From a virus (lineage: Duplodnaviria > Caudoviricetes), in the IMG/VR virus record IMGVR_UViG_3300037780_000051, positions 1-47,445 of that record: a DNA stretch of 47,445 bases; one strand, 5' to 3'. Under the pieces are notes generated by a model. It was not told the DNA's origin. It did no database searches and saw only the letters and a program-made list of their open reading frames with translations. The translations under genes were made by a program, and so were the position numbers. Shown piece by piece: positions 35,025 to 44,388 of this stretch (position 1 is its first letter; each line of letters begins with the position of its first letter).

Positions 35025-35219
35025 TCCCTGCCCCTGTGTTGGTCGGCGGCGAGCCGGGATAAGCCCGCCGCCTTGCTGGTCGGAAAGCCCACCAACCAAG
35101 TGGACTCCGCATTGAGCTTTCAAATTGCCCACCCACGCCGCGCCGCCTTCGCGGTGACCGGTGATGCGTTGATGTTGGCGGTTGGTGATCATGTGCCGTG
35201 GTTTCCTTTTTCCACCCGA

Positions 35220-36101
35220 TCAGCCTGAAATTCTCTGCCGTGCCGCCTCGATCTCGTCGTGGGTGACGAGCCCGGCAGCCTTGCATCGGTGGGCCATTTC
35301 TTCCGAAAGACCGAAGGCCACGCCCGATTTGATTTTGCCCGCCCAGAACTTAAGAACGTCCGCTTCGTCGTGGGTTTTCGACGTCTTTGGCGGATATCGC
35401 CGCCAGGTTCCCTCGGCGAGCCAGTTGTCGCTGTATTTGACCTTGTCAGGATCAAACGTTCTGGCCGCTGTGGCATACCGTTGCGCCGCTGCGATCAGCG
35501 CCCCGGCTGCGTTGCCCGCCTCGATCGCCTCCTGCCAAGCCTGCTCACCCCGAGCGGTTTCCCTGGGTTTTGGGTGAACCTCGAGAAACTTCTGATAGCC
35601 GTCGTCGTCACGCGCTCCGCGCGAAGATGACAACGAAGAAGATTTATCTTCTGAGTTGTTATCTCTCTGGCTTCTGGCTTCTGGACTCTGGGGCTTATCG
35701 CTACCCTTATCCGGTAGCTTAAGCGACCTTGGATTTTCCTTGTTATTTCCGAGACTTGGGTTTCCCCCTAGTTTCCCGTTTTTTCGCGCTTTCGCGCTCT
35801 TAGACTTCATGCGAACCAGCTTCCGCGAGTAGATCACGCCCTCCCTCGTCGTGCTGAACACGCCCATCCGCTCAAGCTCGCCGAGGTAATCGGTAAGCTC
35901 TGCGATCGGGATGCCAGTCAGCGACGCGAGTTGCGCTTCATTCGGGGGCTGCCCATGAACTAAGAGGTGGCCATACGGGTTGGCCTCGTGCATGAGGCAG
36001 ATCATTTCGATCCAGACCCCACGCGCCCCGGCTGAACACATCTTCAGCCGTGGATCCGACCTCCAATCGGAGGTGTAGAATTTCAGGAACGGGTCAGCCA
36101 T
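35220..36101 (-). CDS. Replication initiator / replisome organiser
   Basis: FLKFYTSDWRSDP.L..CS..ARG.W..M, NGKLGGNP, PEARSQ linker, F...HPK. Confidence 0.8.
   Translation of the reverse strand: MADPFLKFYTSDWRSDPRLKMCSAGARGVWIEMICLMHEANPYGHLLVHGQPPNEAQLASLTGIPIAELTDYLGELERMGVFSTTREGVIYSRKLVRMKSKSAKARKNGKLGGNPSLGNNKENPRSLKLPDKGSDKPQSPEARSQRDNNSEDKSSSLSSSRGARDDDGYQKFLEVHPKPRETARGEQAWQEAIEAGNAAGALIAAAQRYATAARTFDPDKVKYSDNWLAEGTWRRYPPKTSKTHDEADVLKFWAGKIKSGVAFGLSEEMAHRCKAAGLVTHDEIEAARQRISG
35630..35790. other. Candidate replication origin inside the initiator gene
   Basis: AT-rich patch; CTTA at 35694/35706/35718 (12-bp period); TCTGG x4 at 7-bp period from 35666. Confidence 0.45.
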
Positions 36102-36104
36102 CAG

Positions 36105-36365
36105 CTACACCACTCCTTTGCCGCGCATGATGGCGCCGGCTCTTGCGAGAATATCTTCAGGCATCGGTACGTTGTCCCGATCCGCGTTGTGTCGGGACAC
36201 CCACCAGCGTGATGCTTCCGCCACGACCTCAATTGGGATCCCTGCGAGTGCCGTTTCCCAGTCGCAAGCGAGGGCACGTTGCAGGCCGCCCCGATGATCG
36301 TCGCTATTCTCATCGTAGTGCGAAAGAAGTGTGCTCACGCGCTGTGCTATGTTTTCGTCGCTCAT
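36105..36365 (-). CDS. Hypothetical protein
   Basis: MSDENIAQRV...DWETALAGIP..VVAEA..WW; ATGA coupling. Confidence 0.6.
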   Translation of the reverse strand: MSDENIAQRVSTLLSHYDENSDDHRGGLQRALACDWETALAGIPIEVVAEASRWWVSRHNADRDNVPMPEDILARAGAIMRGKGVV

Positions 36366-36568
36366 CCCGCGCTCCTGTCGGTCAGGATCGCGAGCGGCCG
36401 CCCCTGGCGGATCTGCCCGTCGCGCTGTCGAATGATTGCCTCGGCCGTCGCCCACGTCGGCATGTCGAGGAATGCCCCGACGCTTTCGCAGACGTCGGAC
36501 GGGCTCATTCCCCTGCCCTTGCAATATGCGATGTGCTCGCGCGCGCTGATCCAGCCGGGTTCGTTCAT
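36362..36568 (-). CDS. Hypothetical protein
   Basis: ATGA coupling at both ends. Confidence 0.6.
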   Translation of the reverse strand: MNEPGWISAREHIAYCKGRGMSPSDVCESVGAFLDMPTWATAEAIIRQRDGQIRQGRPLAILTDRSAG

Positions 36569-37203
36569 GCGAGCACCCCGTCGAAGCTAAACCCACCCTG
36601 GCGCTCGTCATGACGATCGAGGAAGCGGAGGGCAGTCTCGCCCTCCCATTCCCGGTCCCAGATGAACCATCCGTTGCGTTGGGGCGGCGCGCCCTTTCCG
36701 GTGAAATCGACCTTCCAGCGGGCAACGTAGGCCCGGCTGATCGGGTACCGGGCAAGGATACCACCGAGTCCGGCGGCCGCTGGCCAATCCCAGTTCAGAA
36801 ACAGTGCGATATATTCGAGATCCAGATCGAACGCATGAGTGAGCCAGCGGCCCTTGCCGTCGCGAGCGTTGATGTGATGGTAGGGCGGGTTCGTGATCAT
36901 TGCCTTCGCTGGTGCACGAGTGATCGAGAAATAGTCTCCAAGCTCAGCCCCGCATCCTCGGTCGATCAAGTCCGTCTTGATCACTGAAAACCCGGATTGC
37001 TCCAGAACGTCGGCCATCGCCCCGTCGCCCGCCGCGGCTTCCCAGACAGTGCTGTAGGCGCGCAGTCGGTCGCCTTCGACCGCGAGTAGCGCGCGCGTCA
37101 CCTCTGGTGGTGTCGGATAGAAGTCGTTGGCCTCACGCGGCGTGGTGTCGGTGCTGACTTTGCCGGTGGAGCGGAATAGGCCTTTTGCGGATGGCGCAGT
37201 CAT
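36565..37203 (-). CDS. Amino-methyltransferase (probable DNA adenine methylase)
   Basis: DFYPTP, VWEAAAGDG, ITNPPY. Confidence 0.85.
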   Translation of the reverse strand: MTAPSAKGLFRSTGKVSTDTTPREANDFYPTPPEVTRALLAVEGDRLRAYSTVWEAAAGDGAMADVLEQSGFSVIKTDLIDRGCGAELGDYFSITRAPAKAMITNPPYHHINARDGKGRWLTHAFDLDLEYIALFLNWDWPAAAGLGGILARYPISRAYVARWKVDFTGKGAPPQRNGWFIWDREWEGETALRFLDRHDERQGGFSFDGVLA

Positions 37204-38006
37204 ACGCACTCCCCATCTTCGTACGCACCGCAAGTGCGATGACGCGGGTGTCTCTTTGGTTCTTCGAATAAGTCGCCCTGAGCCATAAGGCGCGCCCGAA
37301 AATCCGCCCAAGACTCGCCGTCGATGAAGGTGCCGAACCCGGTTTCTTCCATCCTTTCCGGCCAAAGATCGTTCGGATCTTTGCGCATCTGATTGGCGAG
37401 CTTTGGGCGATTAAACTGGAAGCAGAGGCGACAATTGCTGATGGTGCCTTCAGGCAAATCGAACGCCTGCTGCTGCCAGAACCGGACAACATCCTCGCGG
37501 CGGACGCCTGCACACACCAGGGGCATCCACAGAGCTTCGCGAGGTTGATCTGGCATGTCGTGGCGACCTGGTTCGTCGTCTCGAATTCCAAGTGCTTTCG
37601 TCCAGGACGTCCAACCCTCCGCGACAAGCATGCGTTTTGCGGCCCGCACCTTGAGCTGCTCGGTGCATATCCTCTTCCGGCCGTTTGGAATGAACCGCTT
37701 ATGTCGGATCATCAACGCATATGGCTCGCCGGCGCGGGCCGCGCTATCGTGAGAAACCTTCGCAAACCAAGGATCGTCGGGACGATACTCAACCCAGTCC
37801 ACGGCAATCGACCAACGCTCTGAGACCTCTTGCACGAAGTCGAGCGTCCCTGGCATTTCGCGACCAGTATTTGCGAAAACGACACGCACACGTTCAGGTA
37901 TGCCGCCGTTAGCCTCTGCAATTTCGTGAAGCATGAACGCGCTGGTTCGACCGCCACTGAACGCGACGTGGACGTTGCCGTTAGGGAGGATGAACGGGTT
38001 CGTCAT
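37200..38006 (-). CDS. PAPS-reductase-family (PP-loop) protein
   Basis: VAFSGGRTS, FANTGRE, RICTEQLKV, LGIRDDE, SNCRLCF. Confidence 0.85.
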   Translation of the reverse strand: MTNPFILPNGNVHVAFSGGRTSAFMLHEIAEANGGIPERVRVVFANTGREMPGTLDFVQEVSERWSIAVDWVEYRPDDPWFAKVSHDSAARAGEPYALMIRHKRFIPNGRKRICTEQLKVRAAKRMLVAEGWTSWTKALGIRDDEPGRHDMPDQPREALWMPLVCAGVRREDVVRFWQQQAFDLPEGTISNCRLCFQFNRPKLANQMRKDPNDLWPERMEETGFGTFIDGESWADFRARLMAQGDLFEEPKRHPRHRTCGAYEDGECV

Positions 38007-38461
38007 ACCACCCCCTGCCCGGCCGCCGCGATCACGCGGCTAGCAATCATCTGAATTTCCCGTTCTGCATCCTCTGGCGCGTCGGCGATCGACATCGCGT
38101 GCACCCGGCAGGTGCCCGGCAGAACGGTCTCACTGCGCATATACGTGCCACCGAGCAACCATCGATCGTCGGGCGTCGCGCCCATGCTGTGCAAGAGGTC
38201 GTGCAGCGCCTTCAAGCGATTGTCGCTGTCGCCGATGTGGTTCGCGGGTAGGGCTACGTCGGTCCAGTACCAGCGTTCAGCCGTCAGCGGCCGGAATTCA
38301 CCTTTGGCGCGAGCTTCATTGAGCCGCCACCCGGCCTCGTCAGCCCATTCGGCATATTTCGGCGTGCGGCGGCGGTTCTTCCCCATGCCGCGGTACAGTC
38401 CGTTGACTGAGGGCGGCATAGGAATCGTGATTGTGAATTCGGCAAAAAGACCATCAGGCAT
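38003..38461 (-). CDS. rusA: RusA-like Holliday junction resolvase
   Basis: PMPPSVN.LY, DSDNRLKALHDLL...DD. Confidence 0.8.
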   Translation of the reverse strand: MPDGLFAEFTITIPMPPSVNGLYRGMGKNRRRTPKYAEWADEAGWRLNEARAKGEFRPLTAERWYWTDVALPANHIGDSDNRLKALHDLLHSMGATPDDRWLLGGTYMRSETVLPGTCRVHAMSIADAPEDAEREIQMIASRVIAAAGQGVV

Positions 38462-40124
38462 CTGCGGTCTCCTGTTGTTCCAACACGAGCCGAGCAAGGT
38501 GTTTGATCCGGCTCTCATCGATTGGCGTCGCCTCACCTGCCCCGCCATACGGGTTCAGGATTCCGTGCGACTGCGAAGCCTTCAGGCCGAGTGTTGCCAT
38601 GATGGCGGGATCCGACCCACCGTCGACGTGCAGGAAATGCGCGGTCACGGGACGTTTCTGGCCTTGGCGATGAAGTCGTCCAGTGAATTGCACATGTACC
38701 TGTGGCGACCAGTCGAGTTCCGCATAGACCACATGCGCGGCCCGCTCCTGTAATCCGTCGAGTCCTGCTCCGGCGCGAAGCGACATCAGCATCACGTCGC
38801 TGTCACCAGCGATGAATGCCTCTCGAGCACGCCGTTTTGCCGCTGCGGACTCGGACCCGGTGAACATCAGCGGCGACAAATCGGACAGTTGGGCATTCAA
38901 GATGTCGTACACCTCGCGATGCCACGCCCCGACGAGCACCGGCTCACCAGCTTCGACGAGCGTTCGCACGTATGCCGCAGCCGACCGAGCCTTTGCGACG
39001 CCGGTTTCGTGGCGCATAAGCAGGTTCAACTCGCGCGCGGCCATTCCGCGATCATGGAAACCGCCGCTCAGGACACGTTGCGCCAGGCGCACCTGTAACT
39101 CACGATCGGTTGCGACCGCACCGTCGTCCCAGTCGACCTCAATAACTGCCTTCGACAGCCCTGGAAGCGTCGATGCGACTTCCTCGTCGTCGTTCGTGCG
39201 CCGCAAAGCGATCCCTTCATCTTGAAGGTATGCGCCGAGGGCTTCCGGATCCTTCACAATCCAATGTGCTCCGTGCGATGTGCACCAGTTCACGATGAAC
39301 TCGTGCCAGCTACCGAGCGCGCCGGGCGCAATGATCTCAACCACGTTCCAGATTTCGGACCCATAGTTGTAGATCGGCGTCGCGGTCAGGCCGAGACGGT
39401 GTTCCGCCACGCTGCAGATCGCTTTCGCCGCACGCCCCTTTTCAGTTGCGTCGCCGTGGCGAAGCTCTTGGATTTCGTCGAAAATGACCGTCCGGATCCC
39501 GAGCGGTTCGACCACATCGACCCACGCGGCGATGTTCGAATACCGGAAAACGTATACGTCAGCCGCTGGCAGCGTGCGGGCGTTGCGGTCTTTCACCTCC
39601 AAGGCCCGCAAGTGCGTGAACCGGTTGATGTACTGCGTCACCCATTGAGCGGATAGGTGGGGCTGGACAATGACGGCAGCGGGCAACCCCCATCCATCAG
39701 CGATAGAAGCGAGCGCGGAAACGGTTTTGCCAAGGCCGACGTCGTCTAGAAGGAGTAACCGACCTGTTGAGCGCAGGAGCTCGGCGGCCCGGCGCTGGTA
39801 ATCGTGCGCTTTCTCGGGTTCTCGAAACCCCCCAAATTCCGGCGCGACATAGTTGGGGCTGCAGATCAATTCGGTGCGGGCAAGATTAGCGCGGTACTCG
39901 TCAGCGCCAGCTTGAAGCTGATCGCGGGCCCGGTCTGTCATGTCCAGCGGATACCGCTGAATGAACCATTCGAGATCGGCAGCGATCGCGGGGCGGTCGC
40001 GCAGGAAGTACGGTGGCACGGCCCCGAAAGGGATGCCTTTAAAGACGTCCTTGAACCGCATGGAAACGTGCGGTTTCAGGTCGGACACGACCCATCCGGT
40101 CCAGAAGTCGAGTTTCCCGTTCAT
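38454..40124 (-). CDS. SNF2-family helicase
   Basis: LLDDVGLGKT, IFDEIQ, LTATP, GLDGLQ, DWSP...QFTGRLHRQGQ. Confidence 0.9.
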   Translation of the reverse strand: MNGKLDFWTGWVVSDLKPHVSMRFKDVFKGIPFGAVPPYFLRDRPAIAADLEWFIQRYPLDMTDRARDQLQAGADEYRANLARTELICSPNYVAPEFGGFREPEKAHDYQRRAAELLRSTGRLLLLDDVGLGKTVSALASIADGWGLPAAVIVQPHLSAQWVTQYINRFTHLRALEVKDRNARTLPAADVYVFRYSNIAAWVDVVEPLGIRTVIFDEIQELRHGDATEKGRAAKAICSVAEHRLGLTATPIYNYGSEIWNVVEIIAPGALGSWHEFIVNWCTSHGAHWIVKDPEALGAYLQDEGIALRRTNDDEEVASTLPGLSKAVIEVDWDDGAVATDRELQVRLAQRVLSGGFHDRGMAARELNLLMRHETGVAKARSAAAYVRTLVEAGEPVLVGAWHREVYDILNAQLSDLSPLMFTGSESAAAKRRAREAFIAGDSDVMLMSLRAGAGLDGLQERAAHVVYAELDWSPQVHVQFTGRLHRQGQKRPVTAHFLHVDGGSDPAIMATLGLKASQSHGILNPYGGAGEATPIDESRIKHLARLVLEQQETADA

Positions 40125-40501
40125 AGCCATCCTCGCGAAAGGTCGGCCACAGCAAGCGGCACACCGTCTACGTCGCGTACACCGGCGGGCCATGCGGTCC
40201 CCGTGGCGAGAACGAGCGCGTCGATTTGGTCGCTCGCGGCGTAACGCTTGAGCTGTTTCCAGATCGATCGCCGCTGATGGCCGACCTTGATTTCGACCCC
40301 CACGCGGCCACACATGACGTCGATCCTGTCGCTGGCCGACAGGCGCACTTCGGACTCATGCTCGACGCCCGCCTTGCTGAGCGCGTCCAAGATCGACCGA
40401 TGCGCGGTCGCCTCGCTGGTCAGGTTGATGCGAGCGGCGGCGATCGTCGTGGCGATCCGCCGGGCCTTCATCGCCGGGTGTTCGGTGACCTTCGCCATCA
40501 C
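40121..40501 (-). CDS. PD-(D/E)XK nuclease-like protein (GxxExxY-like)
   Basis: E.RL...DRIDVM...VEIKV...QLKRY. Confidence 0.65.
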   Translation of the reverse strand: MMAKVTEHPAMKARRIATTIAAARINLTSEATAHRSILDALSKAGVEHESEVRLSASDRIDVMCGRVGVEIKVGHQRRSIWKQLKRYAASDQIDALVLATGTAWPAGVRDVDGVPLAVADLSRGWL

Positions 40502-40635
40502 GCCCCCAATTCCAAGCGCATCAGGTCTGACGTGACCTTGCGGAGGCGACGGCGCGCCTCGACCACACCGGCCCCGCCGCGCTTGACCTTCTCGAGCAGC
40601 CGCTCGCGCTGGCGCATGAGCTCGGCGCGGGTCAT
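40498..40635 (-). CDS. Small basic hypothetical protein (45 aa)
   Basis: MTRAELMRQRERLLEKVKRGG...; GAGGTG RBS; coupled at both ends. Confidence 0.6.
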   Translation of the reverse strand: MTRAELMRQRERLLEKVKRGGAGVVEARRRLRKVTSDLMRLELGA

Positions 40636-41186
40636 GGTGACACCTCGTCGGTCAAGGGCATGGGTACGTGAGCCCACGAAACCCCTTTCGCGATGTTGAT
40701 GATCGTCGAGCGGTCCAGCCCATATTTTCGGTCGAGTTCGCTGACCGTCCGACCACTGCCCCGGCGCTTTATCAGGCGATATTCGCGCCGTATGTCGACC
40801 ACGTCTTTCTCAGTGATCTTGGCCCTTCCGTTGCGCTCCCCGGCCGTCGTCGTGGCATGCATAATCCGGTCATCACTGTTCGACTTCCGCGTCGTCCAGC
40901 GCAGGTTGTTCTTGTGGGAATTGAGCCGTGACCCATCGCGGTGCGCGATTTCCATGCCATCGAATGGAGACGGACCAACGAACGCTTCGATCACCAGCCG
41001 ATGCGCCGAGATGTGTCGCTTTTTCCCGGATGCGTCTTGGATGCTGTATTCAGGATAACCATCCGCGTTGATCTGGCCGCGCAGTCTGGTTCGCGTCGAA
41101 GCACGACGAAGATCGCCACATTCTGAAACCTCGTAGGCAGGAAAACCGATAGCGGACCGCCACTCCATCTTGCGCGTCTCGGTCAT
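40632..41186 (-). CDS. NUMOD4-HNH homing endonuclease with C-terminal HTH
   Basis: EWR...YEVS..G, HRLV.EAF, AHRDGSRLN...NLRW.T...N. Confidence 0.88.
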   Translation of the reverse strand: MTETRKMEWRSAIGFPAYEVSECGDLRRASTRTRLRGQINADGYPEYSIQDASGKKRHISAHRLVIEAFVGPSPFDGMEIAHRDGSRLNSHKNNLRWTTRKSNSDDRIMHATTTAGERNGRAKITEKDVVDIRREYRLIKRRGSGRTVSELDRKYGLDRSTIINIAKGVSWAHVPMPLTDEVSP

Positions 41187-41482
41187 AGTCCCAACGCCCC
41201 AGCGTACATTTCGTACACCGCTTGTTCTTCGGCGCGCTGATCTGGGTCTTTCTTGCGCTCGGCGATCACCTTCCTGATGGTCTTGCAGCAATAGCCGCGC
41301 CCTTTGGCCTCTGCCATCACCTCTTTCTGGTCGTCCGTCAGTTCCTTTTTCTCGGCTTCCAGCCGTTCGAACCGTTCGATGAATTGACGTAATTCGTCGG
41401 CGGCGACGCGGTAGTTATTATTACGAACCTCGCGATCTGCGTCGGTTTCCTTCATCGGGGTCTTGCTTTGATCGTCGAACAT
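41183..41482 (-). CDS. gapR: GapR / DUF2312 nucleoid-associated protein
   Basis: VAADELRQFIERFERLEAEKK...KEVMAEAKGRGY..K.IR..I..RK.D. Confidence 0.9.
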   Translation of the reverse strand: MFDDQSKTPMKETDADREVRNNNYRVAADELRQFIERFERLEAEKKELTDDQKEVMAEAKGRGYCCKTIRKVIAERKKDPDQRAEEQAVYEMYAGALGL

Positions 41483-41490
41483 AGTCGCTC

Positions 41491-42243
41491 CTATTCCGCG
41501 GCGATCGCGTGGGAGCGCATCCCAAGCTCGTCGGCGTCGTTCTGGATAGTCTTGCGGGAAAAGCCGGTGCGCCGGGCGATCTCGGCGATCGCGACCCCAT
41601 CGGCCAACATGACTGCGACCTCGCGTTTGCGATTGCGCGCCTTTACGACAGCCGGGCTATCCGCTCGCGGGCCCGGTCGACCTTTGATCGGGGTGATATT
41701 CAACGCCTCGGTGTCGTCGTAGATCGTCTTGCGGGCGATCCCGGTCTGACGAGCGATTTCGGCGACGGAAAGACCGTCGGCACAGAGCCGTTTGATCATT
41801 GCTCGGCGCTCGGTAATGGCGTCCGGGGTCACCCGGGGTTTCTGTTTGCGGGGAACGCTCATGCCGATCTTTGCGGCGTCGGCGTAGACCACGTTCATTG
41901 AACAAACGTACCCTTCCGCTTTCAGGTTCTCGTGGATCTCGGCGCCGCCCATGTTCTGCTCGATCAACACGCGGACCCTTGCGCGCCGTTCGGCAACGGC
42001 CGGATCCTTTTTTCGGATCCGTTTGACGATCAAGGGGTTCTGGTTCGCCGGGTTTCCGAAGCGCAAACCTTCAGTCTTAGCGATGTACGCGGCCTCGGGA
42101 TCGACGTAGACGATCCTGTTCTTTTCTTCCGACCAGATCAGGTCAGTGTTGATTGCACGAACGCCCGGCGGAATGTGCTGGACCTTTCCAGCGGCGATTG
42201 CCTCGTCGATCAGCTTTCGGTCGGATGCTGAAATGCTACCCAT
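41491..42243 (-). CDS. Tandem HTH-repeat DNA-binding protein
   Basis: Two near-identical ADG....EIAR.TG..RKTI..D repeats plus one degenerate copy. Confidence 0.8.
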   Translation of the reverse strand: MGSISASDRKLIDEAIAAGKVQHIPPGVRAINTDLIWSEEKNRIVYVDPEAAYIAKTEGLRFGNPANQNPLIVKRIRKKDPAVAERRARVRVLIEQNMGGAEIHENLKAEGYVCSMNVVYADAAKIGMSVPRKQKPRVTPDAITERRAMIKRLCADGLSVAEIARQTGIARKTIYDDTEALNITPIKGRPGPRADSPAVVKARNRKREVAVMLADGVAIAEIARRTGFSRKTIQNDADELGMRSHAIAAE

Positions 42244-42244
42244 G

Positions 42245-42436
42245 TTAATCTCCCGTTGGTTTCTGGAAAAATGCGCGCGCCAGCTCCTTCGAAAGAGCGG
42301 CGCGAATGTCTTGTGTCGAAATGGTTTTCGGCGCCCGGCACGGGCACGGCTGAATGGCGACGCGAAGCGGCAAGACGTCTTCGACCGGGATTTTCACCCA
42401 GACTGCGCCCTCGACCCGTTTCGCCTCGATCGACAT
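42245..42436 (-). CDS. Hypothetical protein
   Basis: Coupled ORF in the cro operon. Confidence 0.6.
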   Translation of the reverse strand: MSIEAKRVEGAVWVKIPVEDVLPLRVAIQPCPCRAPKTISTQDIRAALSKELARAFFQKPTGD

Positions 42437-42888
42437 CAGTCGTCACCGTCCAGCGTGTCGAGAACCGCCTGCGCCGCTTCGATGATATCGATGACCTCGG
42501 CGCGCGCCTTGTCGACGCATCCGCCTTCGGCCAAAGCCATGAGCGCGGTGGCCCCCTCGCCACCTTCCTTGATCAGCTTCGATGCGTGAGCGAGAACCGA
42601 GATCGGGTCCGGGTGCGCTTCGGTCTCGACGCCGTGCGCGATCCGGTGCATCGCGTCGGAAATCCGGGTCGACCCCGAAATCGCCTCGAGCGCGATCGCG
42701 TCCTCAAGCGCCCATTTGCGCGTGCCGTTCATCTTCCGGGAAAGGTCGGCTGTCTCGAAATCGTCGCCGCAGTCGCCGGTCGGGTGCCAGAAATCTGCAA
42801 TCTCTTTCGCGGCCGATTGCTGGTTCGGGAAACACCTGCGGACGAGTCCGCGCATCAGAACGTGAATTTGGGCCCTGGGGTTCGTCAT
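42436..42888 (-). CDS. CII-like regulatory protein
   Basis: Directly after cro; LSRKMNG..KW...KEGGE. Confidence 0.55.
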   Translation of the reverse strand: MTNPRAQIHVLMRGLVRRCFPNQQSAAKEIADFWHPTGDCGDDFETADLSRKMNGTRKWALEDAIALEAISGSTRISDAMHRIAHGVETEAHPDPISVLAHASKLIKEGGEGATALMALAEGGCVDKARAEVIDIIEAAQAVLDTLDGDD

Positions 42889-42958
42889 CGTTGGTCAATC
42901 CAATTGCTTTGCTCGATTGGGCACACAGGCTCAGCCTGTTATGATGGCTATGGGATCA

Positions 42959-43180
42959 TCACTCTGCGGGAGACGGCGGGCCCTGCTCGAAAGGCACGAA
43001 CTGCTCGGGGCGAAGGACCACCCCGCATTCTTGCGCCTTTTCCCAGATGTGAACCTTCTGTTCGTCCGGAATACTCCTACGAACCTTCCAGCTTTGGACC
43101 GTAGACGGTCGTTTGCCGATAGCGGAGGCCATCGGGCGGATACCACCAAATGCCTCGATGATCTGATCAACATAGCTCAT
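42959..43180 (-). CDS. cro: Cro-like repressor
   Basis: IIEAFGGIRPMASAIG...STVQSWK.R.SIP; divergent from cI. Confidence 0.85.
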   Translation of the reverse strand: MSYVDQIIEAFGGIRPMASAIGKRPSTVQSWKVRRSIPDEQKVHIWEKAQECGVVLRPEQFVPFEQGPPSPAE

Positions 43181-43183
43181 GTG

Positions 43184-43243
43184 CGCATTGTGCGGACATT
43201 CTGTGCGGAAATCAAGCGCATTTTGCGGACATACAATTTGCGC
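43184..43243. promoter_or_regulatory. OR operator region and PR promoter
   Basis: CGCATTGTGCG (43184) and CGCATTTTGCG (43217) plus half sites; minus-strand TTGATT-17-CACAAT ends 6 nt before the cro ATG. Confidence 0.75.
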
Positions 43244-43265
43244 TTCCTGTGCTCAACATGCGTAC

Positions 43266-43961
43266 ATGAGAACCGCTGAAGAATTACGATCCGAAGTAAA
43301 AGCCATTCGTGAGATGGCAGGCCTTTCCGTGCGGGCAATGGCAGAACGGCTCAAAATGAGTGCATCTGGCTACAGCCACTACGAACAACGGATCAAAGAA
43401 CCCTACCTGCCAATGAAAATCGCGATGGCGATTTCAGACGTAGTTGCGCCTCTCGGAGTCGACAGAAAAAAGGTATTCGCCCTAACAACATCCGGAGCGG
43501 AAGTTCCCGAACCGGTCCGAGTTTCGAATGGCGAACCTGCGCCGGACGACAAAGCCCTAGTGCCGGTTTTCGAGGTCGAGGCCAGTGCCGGACCAGGTGC
43601 GCTGGTCGATGGCGAGGAACAGGTCCACAGCCTCGCTTTCCCGCCGTTCTACCTGAACAAGATCGCAGGACGGACCGCCAACGGGCTCGCCGTGATCGGC
43701 GTGAAGGGCGACAGCATGGAGCCCACCCTGCCCGACGACAGTATCGTCCTGATCGACACGACAAAGCGAAACCTAGGCTACGACGGCCTTTTCGTGCTTC
43801 GGATCGACGACGTCCTGCATGTGAAGCGTGTCGGGCGAGGGACGCGATCGGGACACATCATGATCATCAGCGACAACAAGGATTTGCACCCTGCGTTTGA
43901 GCGGGAAATCCAAGATGTCGACGCGATCGGAAAGGTTCTTTGGTACGGGAGGAAGGTGTGA
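43266..43961 (+). CDS. cI: CI repressor (HTH plus S24 autopeptidase)
   Basis: HTH; ASAGPG cleavage site; VKGDSMEP (Ser); VKR (Lys). Confidence 0.93.
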   Translation: MRTAEELRSEVKAIREMAGLSVRAMAERLKMSASGYSHYEQRIKEPYLPMKIAMAISDVVAPLGVDRKKVFALTTSGAEVPEPVRVSNGEPAPDDKALVPVFEVEASAGPGALVDGEEQVHSLAFPPFYLNKIAGRTANGLAVIGVKGDSMEPTLPDDSIVLIDTTKRNLGYDGLFVLRIDDVLHVKRVGRGTRSGHIMIISDNKDLHPAFEREIQDVDAIGKVLWYGRKV

Positions 43962-44209
43962 CCGACGACGAGATTGCAAAGCTCGCTCTGTCGGAAGCCA
44001 TTCATAAGAAGCTGTCCGAATACTTACTCGACCAGATGCAAATGACTCCTGGCGCCGCGCCGGATGCAGGTGAAAGGCTTGTTGAGGGGTTCAGGTCAAT
44101 GCTCGACGCACGAACCCCCATGCACGCGCGCAGCCGCGACGTATCCGATCACATAGATGGTCTGCTCGACGCCATTCTACGCGCGCACAGGGAGCGTCAC
44201 GGGCGCTGA
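43958..44209 (+). CDS. Hypothetical protein co-transcribed with cI
   Basis: GTGA overlap with the cI stop. Confidence 0.6.
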   Translation: MTDDEIAKLALSEAIHKKLSEYLLDQMQMTPGAAPDAGERLVEGFRSMLDARTPMHARSRDVSDHIDGLLDAILRAHRERHGR

Positions 44210-44269
44210 CCTCGTCAAGAGCCAGCAAAAAATCCTGAACCTCGTTCGCGTTCATCAGAACCTCCATCG

Positions 44270-44296
44270 ACCCGGCCCCGCGCCGGGTTTCCGTTT
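44270..44296 (+). terminator. Possible terminator of the cI operon
   Basis: ACCCGGC-CCCGC-GCCGGGT followed by TTCCGTTT. Confidence 0.45.
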
Positions 44297-44347
44297 GCCT
44301 ATGTAACACCCGATTCTGGGTTCTGTACGCAATTCTGATCGCATGTA

Positions 44348-44388
44348 CGCATTTTGCGCTTGACGCTTGTGCGCATTGTGCGTACGTT
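44348..44388 (+). promoter_or_regulatory. OL operators and PL promoter
   Basis: CGCATTTTGCG (44348), CGCATTGTGCG (44372); TTGACG(44360)-17-TACGTT(44383). Confidence 0.82.

Noticed and set aside
35025-35192. 56-aa N-terminal extension of the NusG paralog
   Set aside because: The NGN domain starts at MTNTYAI with a purine-rich RBS; the extension may be a separate degenerate small gene and cannot be resolved by eye
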